Positions 49,444 through 61,860 of a stretch of DNA of 64,000 nucleotides are shown here, piece by piece. Numbering within the stretch: position 1 is the stretch's first letter; each line of letters starts with the position of its first letter. This DNA comes from Squalus acanthias (taxonomy: Eukaryota): NCBI GenBank assembly GCA_030390025.1, contig CM059432.1, positions 54,686,001 to 54,750,000 on the forward strand, written 5' to 3'. The notes below the pieces were generated by a model, which made no database searches, was not told where the DNA came from, and was given only the letters and a program-made list of their open reading frames with translations. The translations under genes were made by a program, and so were the position numbers.

Positions 49444-49753
49444 CACAGAATCCCCACAGTGCAGATAGAGGCCATTTCGGCCCATCGAGCCTGCACCGAC
49501 ACATATCCCACCCTATCCCCGTAACCCCACCTATTTAATCCCCCCTAACACTAAGGGTCAATTTATCCTAGCCAAATCAACCTAACCCGCACATCTTTGG
49601 ACTGTGGGAGGAAACCGGAACACCCGGAGGAAACCCACGCAGACACGGGGAGAATGTGCAAATTCCCACAGACAGTCACCCGCGGCCGGATTCGAACCCG
49701 GGTCCCTGGCGCTGTGAGGCAACAGTGCTAACCACTATGCCACCGTGTTGCCC
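49444..49753 (-). mobile_element. HE1-type V-SINE, full length
   Basis: Same structure as 35637-35938, with a possible ttattca direct repeat at both flanks. Confidence 0.9.
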
Positions 49754-50240
49754 AATTATTCATTAATTGTTACTCTGCTGTGGCTCCCATTTACTTTTTA
49801 TTTCCTCTGGGCTGGGAGCAAAGAAGAAATCAGTACCTTGCAAAAGAAACAAATTAAAAGTACAGAGCTGCATTGCCTGTTGCTCTGAAGTAGAGAACCA
49901 ACTGATGCCCTTGTCTTCCCATTTATTATTAAGCAGAAGAATGTGAGCGGGGAGCTCATGCTGGTGAGTAGCAGCATGAGGCAGATATCAACGCTACAGG
50001 TTTTGCTTACCTGGGCAGCATGCTAACGCTGTGGGAGATCAACAGTGAAAACACTGAGGAAATCATGTGGCTGCGCCAAGAAGGTTCTTCCCCAAGTTCA
50101 AAACACAAACAGAAAGAGGAACATAGCAGTATTGATGTTATTGTAACAGTACTCCCAAATTCATTACCAGCCTTAATTCCACTTCACCTTTTCCCCCTGC
50201 TTTACCTGTATTTTTCATTTGCTTTCCCATATAAGTTAAT

Positions 50241-50981
50241 GGCCCAGAAATTCGCCTCTCCGGCTTGCCTGCGGTGGTAAGGATCGTGCGCGCACTTACC
50301 TACCGCGCCTGCCGTTGTGTTTTGGGCCCACGGGAACTTCAGCTCCTGGGCCTGTTCCAACTGCTGGCGCGCAGTGCGTGCATGTCCCAGGGGCGCAGTT
50401 AGTGCGATGCATCCCCTGGGATCACGTGGGCCATGGAGAGCCAATGGCAGCAGACCATCTTTCATTCATAGATTTGACAGGACCTGTCAAATCTGTGAAT
50501 TGAAATCGGCCCCAAAAGAACAGCTAAACTTAAAATAATTTTTTTTTAAAAACCATCACATTTATAAAATAACTATAGTTAAATAAATTAACCACTTTAA
50601 ACAAAAATTTAAATTTTTGAAAAAATTAAAATACTTTTTAAAAGTGATAAAAATAAACTTACCTTTCTTTAAAGTATCTAAAAAAGATAAACCTGTTAAT
50701 TAACCACTTACCTTGTTGAAAACGGGTCTTGCACCTCCTTTTCATAAGCGTAGGTTCTTCACTACTTACCCTCCCGTAGAAACCTGAAAAAAAATCTAAG
50801 TTTGCTGCGTGCGCGCAGCCTCTACCGCGCACGCGGTTCACCTAGGAACCACCCCCTTCACCAGACCGGAAGTTCCGGTTTCCCGCGCATGCGCAGTCCA
50901 TGCAGGAAACCGGCACTTCGGGATGTCTTACGGGTGATTACGCACTGTGTACTCACCTGGGAAGGGCCGAATTTTTGGCCC
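50241..50981. mobile_element. Harbinger MITE (741 bp)
   Basis: TIRs GGCCCAGAAATTCG / CGAATTTTTGGCCC. TSD AAT at 50238-50240 and 50982-50984. GC-rich ends and an AT-rich core. Confidence 0.88.
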
Positions 50982-51057
50982 AATAACTGTATGAACACCT
51001 GAAATCTAGCTTCATATTTATTCTTTGTGCTCCTATATATTCTCAACTATATTTCTT

Positions 51058-51769
51058 GGCCCAGATTTTCCAGTGGTAATGACAGCGAACTGTAAGTTTT
51101 CGCCGTCATTGCCCCGCTAAAACTGACCATAACTTCAGGATTTAGTGCATGCGCAGATAAACACAGAAATCCTGAAGTTGCGGTCAGTCATTCCCTGCTC
51201 CGCCACAAGCTGCCGGCAATCAATGAAATCAGTTGAACTAATGAAAACTTAAGCTTTTCCGATCTAATTGTGTTGTTAAACACCCCATTAAAAGTTAAGC
51301 CTTGTTGGATTAGGTGTAACTGGGGTTTTAATGGTGTATTGACTACTGAACAACTGTTCTGGCCCTATGAAACAGATTTTATATTTGTGGAATGTCAAAT
51401 TTCTCCATTATGATAGAAAATTACTAGATTTTTTAAAAAGTTTTACTTTTTTAAATTTGTTTATGATTTTCAGCTTCTACCTTAACCCCATGTGTATGTT
51501 TCAATCTTTATTTTGCTCTCTGTAAAAAATTTTAAAAGTGAATTGAATCACTGCTTTATATTTCCTGGTTTGCTGTCTGTGAGAATTCTTCAATGTGATT
51601 GGCTGCTTAGACAACTTTATGATGTCACTGCTGCATCACTACAATCAATTTATCATCGAGAAAGCTTAAGTTTTCACCACAGAGATCATGAGATCTTTTT
51701 GGGCAGCTTTCTTCGTGGTCAGCGGCGATCACCGTTGTCGCTTTGCCGCTGACCGCAATTTCCGGGGGC
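51058..51769. mobile_element. Harbinger-type MITE related to 10538-12235
   Basis: Termini GGCCCAGATTTTC / GCAATTTCCGGGGGC, with shared internal blocks (ctggccct..gaaa, ttcttcaat.tgattgg, accgtt..ctttgc.gctgacc). Confidence 0.7.
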
Positions 51770-53114
51770 TTTGTCTTTTTCGGTTCTCTTTCTTTTTCCC
51801 TGCTCTTTCTCCAGTTCTATCCTCATAAATATTTGGGTCCCTTATTCCCCTGTTCTCACTGTTCACTAACTGTTTCTTACTCTGCACGTTCCTGCTGCCT
51901 GGTAGAATTGCTAGACTTTGCAACTATTGCCTTTCTAGAATATACACTTCAAAAAGAAACAAAATATTAGAATTAATTTAACTTTTGCAAAGATTATTAA
52001 GGCATGTAAACTTTTTACATAGTGATGAACTCTTACACCCAGAAATAAACAAAAGAATGACAGAGAACAAAAATTGGATTCTTATATAATTATTACTATT
52101 CTGACCTGGGAGAGGGATGGCATAAGGATGGAAAAGGGGGGGTTGGTGAAGAAAAAGATCATTAAGTATGTATAAAAACTTCAGATTGCTAGTTATGACC
52201 CTAACTGCAACCATGCTGTTAACTAATATGACAAAAATGTTGACAATCTGAAATAACCTGATTTTTTTGTAACTATATTACCCTTTTGCATTGATGCAAA
52301 GCAGTTTTGAATGTGCATCAATGAAAAAGCAGTAACATAACTCAGGAGTCAGGTCAATAATCTGACTCTTTCTCACCCCTAGCTCTAATACCAAAGGGTA
52401 TGAAACCATTTAAAGATTATTAAGGTGTGTAAACTCATTACCTAGCGATAGCCTTACATAATCTAGGTTTCACATCACTATAATTCAGTGCCAAGCCATG
52501 TTTAAAAATGTCCTAGATAGTCAACTACGTGTTCTGAGAATCTTTTAATATAATATTTAATGTTTTCAATGCTGGAAGAGAGCCCACCCTGCCATTCTCT
52601 TCCTCCCATTATTAAAAGGGGTTCGCTAATATGGCAGCAATACTGACAACCCAAAATCACCTGGAGACTTTTATGTAATATGCTGACTCCATAATATTGC
52701 TTTTGTATCTAAGTGAAGCAGCTTTGGATGTGCAGCAATGCAGAAATAATAATGTGAACCTTGGGAGTCAGTTCAACGTGTGCACAGCTCCTCTGCCATT
52801 TAACAGGGTGACACAGGAACCAGCGCTATCATTCAGGCTTGCTGAATGTGCACACCACTCCACAGGTACTGGCCTGAGATGAGTGCCAAACTTATCACTG
52901 AGTATTATAACACTGAAACTGAATTAAAAAGTGTGATTTTATCAATTTACTACAGATATTGGCCTCGAACTTCATCTCGGGCAGTGGCACAAAACGGGCA
53001 GTATCAGTCAATGGAACTGAATATCAGACGCTGCGTATATGGGCCCTGCACTTACAGTTAGTTAAAGAGGTTGTGTGAATTTCCATTCTAAATATTCCCT
53101 TTATGCCCCAGTTA

Positions 53115-53230
53115 TCATAGAATCAATCATACAGCACAGATGGAGGCCAATCAGCCCATCGTGCCTGTGCCGGCTCTTTGAAAGAGCTATCCAATTAGTC
53201 CCACTCACTGCTCTTTCCCCATAGTGCTGC
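53115..53230 (-). mobile_element. CR1 3' UTR stub
   Basis: catagaatc...acagcacagatggaggccaatcagcccatcgtgcctgtgccggctctttgaaagagcta is the reverse complement of a CR1 tail like 17020-17120. Confidence 0.75.
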
Positions 53231-56200
53231 TAGAGATATTGGTTTGAGACTAGAATCTGCTTACAGAACTATTATACTCTTGCTTTTTCATCAATGCAAA
53301 TCACTTTTGACTGCACATCAATGTAAAAGTGGCAGTGTAACTCAAGAACCGGATCCTGATCTGACTCCTGTGCACACTGAAACCAGAACTTGTAAAATCA
53401 CTTCTAGTAGATAGTCTTGTGACACTTGGGCATCACACTGGTTGTAGTGTAACTCCAATCTGGTGGGCAACCACATTAAACATGTCATTCGGGGCACTTG
53501 GGCATTTTATTAAACTTATTTTTGAATCATTCTAGTGTTAGGAGAGAACTGACACTCTTGCCCATTAAAAATCTACTGGTTGGGGAGCAAATCTCTGTGT
53601 ATGCATGGATACCTACATGCACAGAGCTTTCTCCTCATTGGTCAGAATGCATCGCACAGCAATGCCAGCAGTGTAACTGGGGTCCATCAGCTGCAATTCA
53701 CACACTACAGATACTGGTCTCTGTGGTATGAGGACAGCCTTAGAGTGATGTGGAGCTGGGAGACCAGAGCTATACTGCCTGCTTCGCCTTGCTTTCTGCC
53801 AGGAAAGGTGGGGTTTGGTGAATGAATAATTGCATTGACACACAAAGCTCCACAGACTTGCTCCCAAATGCTAGTTAAATTTTAACATTATTGAAGAGCC
53901 AAAGGGACAATCAGTTCTTTACCTGCATTAAACTTTATGTTTAGATTGTTTAAAAAGTCCTTAGCCATTCCAGTCGATCACCTGGGAACTTTTTAAACAT
54001 TCATTTTACTGTTTATACTATGGAAACCATTTCACGCCACCTTGCGCCGCCTTAAACACGTCAAACAAATTAATTTTCAGTATTATAATGGCAGAATGTT
54101 ACAGTACAGGAAATTGAATTATTCAGGTTAGACTGAAGGATCACAATTACATGGGTTAAAATCGTTCTTCTTTTGCATACTTCAGTCAGTATTAAGACTA
54201 TAGCCACTAACGGCAGCTTTTAAATGAGTGAAAGAGTATTTGATTAAATTTCAGACATACCTTAGTGCTTCAGCACAAGGCTGTATTGTTATATATTAGC
54301 TGTGGATAAGTCTATTGGTTAACCAATTCGCTCCCCTGTATCTGCAAGAGTTTGTGGGCAGTTAGGTTGTTTTAATCAACCTGGGTTGGGGGCGGGTGCA
54401 CGTTCACCAGTGGCGATTGCGTCTGTGATTTGTCTGCGAGTGTTTGGGGGAGAATAAGAAATGTACTGGTCGGTGTAAAACCCAGCAATAACCCGCGACC
54501 GCTGTTTAGTTTAACCGAAATTAGTGTGTGCCCCACTGCTCCCCACAGTGTTCCCGGATTACACTCAAATGAAGCCGAGTGCTGTGTTCGGGCAGCCTGA
54601 AGCAACATGTGCCCATTGGGCGATTTATGTTCACTTAAAAGTGAATGAAATGAAGTTGCCGAGTGTTAGCCGCTGACTAATTGTAGTTTAATTCCGACTT
54701 AGTATGGAAGAGTAAATAAATTCAGGCAAGTGGGATGAAAGTGTAACAGGAGAGGCACGCTTTGAATTGTCAGCACCCTCGCTACCTTTGGGGCTGTCGG
54801 GTGGGAATCACGTTGACCAGAAGTCGATCTTTTATTTGAGGGCTCCGAAAATGAGTGACCCGCTGGCTGCTGTGAGATGTCATTTTATGGTTAGCCGGAG
54901 AGTAACTTTCGCGATGTCAGACTTCGAACAGAGTATTTTATTTATATATATATATATATATCAGACACCGTTAAAGCGCAGGATGACCACCTGTGCGGTA
55001 ATAAAGATACCGTATTGTCCCTAAAATAATTATACTTTTATTTCGGTCCATCACAGAATATTTTAAGAGTTAGGATTAATATAGTTTTAAAGCAGTAATT
55101 ATAGCATAAGAGCAAGTCTGTTCGCAGCACATGTGCAAAGATTAGACGAAGTTGTGTTTATAAAAATGTATTAATGTAAACTTTACAAAGTGTTTGGATA
55201 GACATTGATGATCGAATCCTATTTAAAGTACAGCTACGCGCCTAAACTCGTTTGGATTCCTTAATTTGCTCAACTGCGCAAATAAAAATATGTCCAGAAT
55301 TGCAGTTTCTATTACTGTTTAATCAAGATCGATCAAATGTCTAGTCTGTGTAAAGTTTAGTAAGGCATGTGGTGTCCCTATAGTTATACACAATTGTCTC
55401 TTGGTCACGCGAACATTAACGAAGCACAGCATTTTATTAAAACGTCTAGAATAGTTAGTAATCTCCGCTGAACACCACACGTAGCGCAGTACAGAATTCA
55501 CCGGCTCTACACAACTTGCAACGATATACCACGAGATCCGCGGACTGTAAGAGGCTCAAATGTAAGCTGGTGTGTTGCAGCAATGTAGGGCCACTTTTAA
55601 AAAGGAAAAAGAAAAATAAACCCTCTGTAATTCATGTCGATTTAAATGACGAATCAAGGCACCAAAGCTGCAAGCTGCATCCTGGGTCAATTTGCCTGGA
55701 GGAGAATGCAAAATTAAAATAAGATTGATTTCATACAGGCGTCGCTCCAAATGCCTATGAGCTACTATTGTTTTCCAAAAGGATATTTGAAACTTCCGCC
55801 TTGCGTGGGAGTGATTTTGCTTTTCTTTTATCTCTTCAAATAAACAAAACCGCGTAGTTTGTAATTTCTACCATGACCTTCTTTAGTAATCAATGTTTTA
55901 CATGACCAGGACGTTTATGGGTTAGCTGAAATTTAATGTTTATAAAACTAGTTATTAAATAATGCACAATGTTCACTTATACAAGGGTGAATCCGTTTCG
56001 CGTTGTGCCAAGGTGTGGTCTGAACTTTTGAAACTCACATGCCTGCTTTAGTCGCCTTGGTAAAATGAAACCTTGTTTCTCAAAGGTAGTCAAATCGATC
56101 GTTCACATTATAATTTCTAGACAGGCAGAGCCATTTTTTTCAGATCATCGATTTTAAGATCATCTTAAGGTAAGCAAATCAACATTCGAATGCAAATTGA

Positions 56201-57289
56201 TCCCAAAAAAAGTATTAATTGCTCCCCTCCCCATTATAACCAGATTATCAGGGTTTAGTGTTTTAGCGGAAGCAGCAGTTTTTAATTGCACGGTGCAACA
56301 ATATTGCACCAAAGCTTCGTGTGAGACTACCTCCCATACTTCGCAGGAAATCTCACTGCATTCGTTTGGAGGTATTTCATGGCAAACGCAGCTGCAATGT
56401 AATTGACTGTTAACATTAGGTTTTATTTTTGGGGCTGATCCGCTGTATATGATGTGGGTGTTAAAACGTGGTTCTTGTGCTCCCGCACTGCTGATTCCCA
56501 TGTTCCTAATTATTGTCTATCTGCAGTCACTAATGAACGGCAGAACCATCTTTTAACAGAGCCGTACATCATACTCCGTCAGCCAGCCCGTCAGAGGCCC
56601 CTCCTTCCCCAACATCTGCACCTTGGTTACACGGTTTACTTTGCTGTTTAAAACCCGGTGACTAGGCACGACATGTGAGTTTGAGGTCGATTAGTATAGT
56701 GTTGAGAAGCTATTTAGTAATGGGGGCCACTGCCCCTTTAACTTGTCTTGTGTGAAAGCAGCCTATGCTGGAACTCACCGACAAGGAGATCTGCTGCAGC
56801 AATTCTCCCAAATCAATATCATAATCCCCTCCAAGCAGCCTAAGCAGGGCATCAATGTCTATGTCGCCGAAAATTTGGGTAATATTAATATCTTCAGGGC
56901 TGTTGTGGATGAAAAACACTATCCTTTTAATTTTAGTTCGAATACAGTATATGCACACACAAACAGAAACAATATCCCAACATACCTACACCGATTATAG
57001 CTAGCTATGTATTTCATATAAAACCAGCCGCTCAGACGGATATTGTTCTTGTGCACACTTTATATGAATTGCTCTGTAATATATAACCCAAAAATGAATC
57101 GTCCACAAAGTAGATTTGTGCGTTCTTTCGTGTTTTACAAAAAACAATATTTTTATCAAAATATTCGTTTTTAATGGCTTTACTTCATACATAAATACAT
57201 GTTTAAATAACAGAGGAGCGATGATTATTCAGTCGTTTGAAACGAATCTTGGATAGGGCTGTATACAGAGGGTGGGTGCTCACTCATCG

Positions 57290-57470
57290 CTACAAATAGA
57301 ATACTCGGCGTCCTTTATTTTTAACCCTTTGTTTATACCTTTTCCCCAGGACGGCTGCCAGGTATTTCTTGACAGCCATCTGTTTCCTGTAACGGCTGTA
57401 GCTGTCGGTAAAGATGCCATCGGAGTGTCGCTTTGACAGGGGTTCTGTATCCATTCCAACACTGCTGCCA
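57290..57470 (-). CDS. adcyap1: adcyap1 last coding exon: PACAP38/PACAP27
   Basis: [47 protein letters not shown]. Mature PACAP38 is at 57427-57314. Confidence 0.99.
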
Positions 57471-60400
57471 CTGCAGATGAAAAACAAAATCAAAACTCCA
57501 AGACCGTTTACATATATATGTGCAACTCCTTATAGATTAAAACGCATCCTGCACTAAACTCGCGCCATTCCCATGACACTAAACAGTAGAGTCCTCACTA
57601 ACTCGCTCCTTGACAGGTCGAGCAATGCGATGAACGGAGGCGGTTATTTGGAAGGCGAATGTGATTCATATTTACTTCAATTGAAAGGCACTGCTACTTG
57701 TTGGGTAGTTCGCCAAACACCAAACACAGAACGAGGCATGCTGTGTTCATGAACAGTGATATCCTGGATCTTCATAACTAATGTAAACAGTCCCATTCCC
57801 AGGGGGGTACCCAACATGGCTTTGCCAGATTGGAAGAGACAATAGGGAGTGGAGCAGAGAAAATTAATAAAGAAAAGGAACAAACGAGATGGATGCGATG
57901 AAGCAGTAAGGCCACCTAGATAGAGTATGAGAAAGAAATTTAAAAACGATACATTGGGACGTCGCAATTTTTAAAATGATTTCTAAGTGCTAAAAAACTT
58001 ACCCATCGCGTTTTGAAGGGATGAGCGAGTGAACGAATTTCCTTGCTTCTTCCCGCGCCATCAATGCCCTTAGGCGTTTATTAAATAACCCATCAGCATG
58101 TCTTTCAGTTCTGAGATACACAAAGGCCACGTACAAGAAAACATCAGTGATCCACGATTAGAACTAGACACCGAAATTAATTATTTGTTCAAAATAGATT
58201 TAGGATTCGCTGATAATGTCACCAAAACCCTAATTTCTATTATCTTAAATGAATACTGCTAGATGTTGAAGATTTTTGAATTGCTCGACATTGCAGAGCT
58301 TTCTTGACGAACGGGTCTGGCATCTTAATTATTGAATTGATTAACATAAATTTAAGCTATTTTTTTAAACCCACGTTATGCGCTATCTCGCTGATACGTA
58401 GCCCGTACAGGGCTTCTTTAATAATTCGGATTTTTTTTAAAGTGTCCTTATTTTAACATGAATATTTGATATGTAAATATACAAAAATATTTTTTTTAAC
58501 TCCGATACAATGCTGTCGATCAAAGGTCGAGATAGCACTTCGGGCTGTTTTCGCACGAATATAAACTCAAGTCACCTTTTCTCCGGCGGATAGTATAACG
58601 TGTTCATATCATCGATCACCGATGAAGGAATTCGGATGCCATTTCGATCAGTTTCGTAAGTCAAATCCGGTAGTGAGTTTCCCTCTTCATCATACGCCTC
58701 ATCTTCAACCCTAGGAAGGAACAAAAAGATTAAGATCTATACGTACCAGTTGGTAAAATGATGAAATGACACCGAAGTGGTTGGTGGTGAACATTCATTT
58801 GTTTTTCTTTTGTTCTCTGCTTGTGATTTACTTCTTTTCCATAGCCGTAGATGAGCTCTGCTTAGTATTGAGATTAAGGCATTGATGTAAGAGTCTACCG
58901 AGACCCACATCAGACGTGAGCAAACTAACAAGTGGTGCCCAACTTGTTCTGACGTTCTCCATTCCCATAAGTAATTCATAACCCTGTAAATCGAAATCCA
59001 GGACTCTACAGGAATCTTTCTGGTATTGTACACTGCCCTATCCTCAGGGGGGTCCGTGGTCTATACGGAGCGTGAATAATTCAAACAGGCCTATTTCGTA
59101 GCTCTTATGGTGAGGCGAAATGAACGTTCAAAATGTTCATGTTTTTCCCCCACAGGGTAACGTCGGGTATCATATGGGGCGTGGGCCAGATTTCGATACT
59201 TTAACCGGTCCATACTGTTAACAAAAGAACTAATGTAAAATCACTATTGTTCTTCGTATTTACCCCAGGAGTTTATTTACAGGAATAACGATCAGGAAAA
59301 AAAAACTTTGCACTGTCAGTAATCGTTATTACTGTTAACAATCCCCTCACTGTCATCATTGACTTAAACATCTGACACTAGAAGTTGTTGACCAGAATGA
59401 TGAATGATCTCTGTTGTTGGGGACAATATCATAAAATGATGCGCAGGACCAACTAACAATGATGTATTCCTAATGTTCGACCCACCATGCTCAGGATACG
59501 ATAGATCGAACACCAAACATACACGAGCACTGCTAACGCTTTAAACAGAACTGTAATTCTAGTTACCTTCACGCTCCACGCACCCATCTACCCAATGAAA
59601 TGGGTTCTAAGCATAAGGTTCGATATTTTAACCATTAAGCGCTATTTCCAGTCGCCACGCTAGTAATGTTGACATTTTTTTAACTCCTGGATGATTACAA
59701 AGCAACTTTTTAACAACTGAAATGACATATGGATCCCTCCCGGTTTACTGGGACCGCGAGAACATTTCTCCCAGTATTTGTTAAGGTGTCCTGCGGATCC
59801 AATACACCAAACGTTTTGTCATTTACCAGCGTGCAATTATATTCCGAAACTGCAACTTCCCAATGTACTCCGAAAGAGACAAAACCCTCGATGTATTTTT
59901 TTAAAAACTTCAAAAATCTATAAGAAAATCACAGCATTACTAAAAAAAAATAGCAAATATACCTCCAAGCCTGAAGAACGTTTCGTCAGAGAAACAGAGG
60001 ACTTACATCGGTTTTTTAAATTTCGGCAGGGGCTGGACTGGTTATTGACTCGAGTTTTCTAAAGTCTGCAGCTCATATATTTAATAAGCGCTCCTGGACT
60101 TATGCAGCAGGCCCGCGTTTGCAACAGTAGCCTCTTCCTCCTCCTACTCGCCCCATGACAGTAATTGACGCGCGATTTCACACCGACTCTCTCGGGACTT
60201 CCATTAGGCTCAGTCTCTACATTCATTTTGCCAAGCACTCAACTCCATCACACCAACCATACATCCATACAACTCGACTTCCTGTGCCGTCCAGTCAACC
60301 CACGGCCATATGTATTTTCTCTATCCAGTATTAATGCTAATCACACGATTCTCTCTTTTACTTCTCATTCAGCAAAATGAAGACTCCAAGCCTGCTATAG

Positions 60401-61249
60401 GCTTTCACCCCCACATAAACAAGCATTGACATACCACCTTCGATACTATTCCAGAACCGATCCCTTGTTGCGATCTTTTTAATAGGCTCGGATTATTCTT
60501 GAACGCCTCACGGAGAATTCCAAACCGACATAAAATACGCTTTTTGGAAAAAAAATAGCAAAATCCTACCAGCTCCTAAGGTTTTGCTCCAAGTCCTTCA
60601 GCACGTTTGTTAAGGAATAAGAAGAAGCAACTGGCGCTGCATTGTGGCTCTGCCCTCGGCTGGCTCTTTTACATCTTCCCTTTGCTCTTCTTTCTAGTTC
60701 CCATTTAACTTGTCCATGTTTCCGGCTCCCGTCTCTATCTATTTGAATTCCACATCTCGTACGACTCCCTACCGCTGCCTTAAATCCCCCTGTCTTTTAC
60801 AATATAATTTTCAATGTCTCTCTCTCTCTCTCTCTCTGCTCCTCGCCCCTCTCTCATCCCTTCCTATCTCCCACGCTGCGAAATCAAGACTGGGAGATAA
60901 AAATCAAGAGGCATCGCCGGAGCGGGGCGCCCGGGATCGCGCTCGCATCACTCGCTGTCAACAAGTAAAAGTCTCCACATGGAAGGATGACCTACCCACT
61001 GGAAGCAGTAACTTAAAAGAGAGAAGAGCAGGGCAAAGAAGGGAGATAATACAATGCAAAGTAAACAGGTGGTAACAAAGAAAAGATCCAAATCAGAAAG
61101 GTGTGAAGGAAAACTCAGCACCACTGAATGACAGGGACAGTTACCTACCTAAGTCCTGGGTACTTCACTCCAGTCGGTGAACAGTAGACACTGCAATGCA
61201 TTATGATCCCATACACAACCATAAATGCTATCGTCGCTTTGTTAGACAT
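57290..61249 (-). CDS. adcyap1: Pituitary adenylate cyclase-activating polypeptide precursor (prepro-PRP/PACAP), 174 aa, 4 coding exons
   Basis: Exons 61249-61149 (101 nt), 58710-58576 (135), 58110-58003 (108) and 57470-57290 (181) total 525 nt, all GT-AG and phase 2. They encode the signal peptide, cryptic peptide, PRP and PACAP38. Confidence 0.98.
58003..58110 (-). CDS. adcyap1: adcyap1 PRP (PACAP-related peptide) exon
   Basis: ctcag|A ACT GAA AGA CAT GCT GAT GGG...AAA CGC GAT GG|gtaagt, encoding [36 protein letters not shown]. Confidence 0.93.
58576..58710 (-). CDS. adcyap1: adcyap1 cryptic-peptide exon
   Basis: [45 protein letters not shown], bounded by tag| and |gt. Confidence 0.95.
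61149..61249 (-). CDS. adcyap1: adcyap1 signal-peptide exon
   Basis: [34 protein letters not shown], donor AG|gtaggt, with an acceptor just upstream of the ATG. Confidence 0.95.
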
Positions 61250-61501
61250 TCTTAATCTGTAAAGTGAATATCAAAAGTTTAAAAGCAGAAAGCAAAATTC
61301 ACGTTTAATTCTCCCAATAAAGAAATTAACTCGATTTGATGAGCACCTCGACTTGATATTAGAGAAATAAAAAGTTAGAAAATTACATATTGTGCATCCT
61401 TCAAAAAACAAAACCTATCTTTCTATCTCCTACCCTGTGGTAAGACAGAAGCGCCTAGCAGTTAGATTGTAGAAAACCTAACTTTGCTGCCTCTCACATA
61501 C

Positions 61502-61615
61502 CTATTGCAGTTTGGTTGAGTGTTGTGCACGATCTGGTCCAGGTTTAGTTCTGAATCTGATAAAATCTTCCTCACGGCAATTCACTGAGGCGTCGCTGAG
61601 ATTCTGGTGCCGTTC
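61502..61615 (-). other. adcyap1: Probable non-coding exon 1 of adcyap1
   Basis: Minus-strand donor AG|GTATGT at 61502/61501 and a TATATATA at 61639-61646 upstream. The 5' boundary is inferred. Confidence 0.5.
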
Positions 61616-61638
61616 AACTTGCCACCGTTCCACGCTAG

Positions 61639-61860
61639 TATATATATGCAATTATCAGAAATCTTCGCAAACACTGTTTGAAATACACATAGCAACAGAT
61701 GTCTTTGTAAACATTTGTCTACATCTTAGCTTTTTTATGAACTATTGTTTGTTGTGCACTTGCACTCGGATTTTTATTCATGAATCAGACTGCTTCTCTT
61801 TTTTTCAGAGTCGGTGCAAGTCACGTTAAGACCATGTATCACCAATAGACGTCATCAGCT
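61639..61860 (-). promoter_or_regulatory. Putative adcyap1 proximal promoter: TATA-like box, AP-1-like TGAATCA, CCAAT box and CRE-like TGACGTCT
   Basis: TATATATA at 61639-61646, tgaatca at 61781-61787, ccaat at 61842-61846 and agacgtca at 61847-61854. PACAP genes are known to be cAMP/CRE responsive. Confidence 0.55.

Noticed and set aside
57290..57493. VIP or a single-exon 67-aa peptide gene
   Set aside because: The mature sequence is PACAP38, not VIP. The first residues of the ORF are intronic (acceptor at 57471).
61114..61142. REST/NRSE site in an adcyap1 intron (tcagcacc...ggacag)
   Set aside because: The half-sites are 12 nt apart and the right half is poor, which is too weak to call without a scan.
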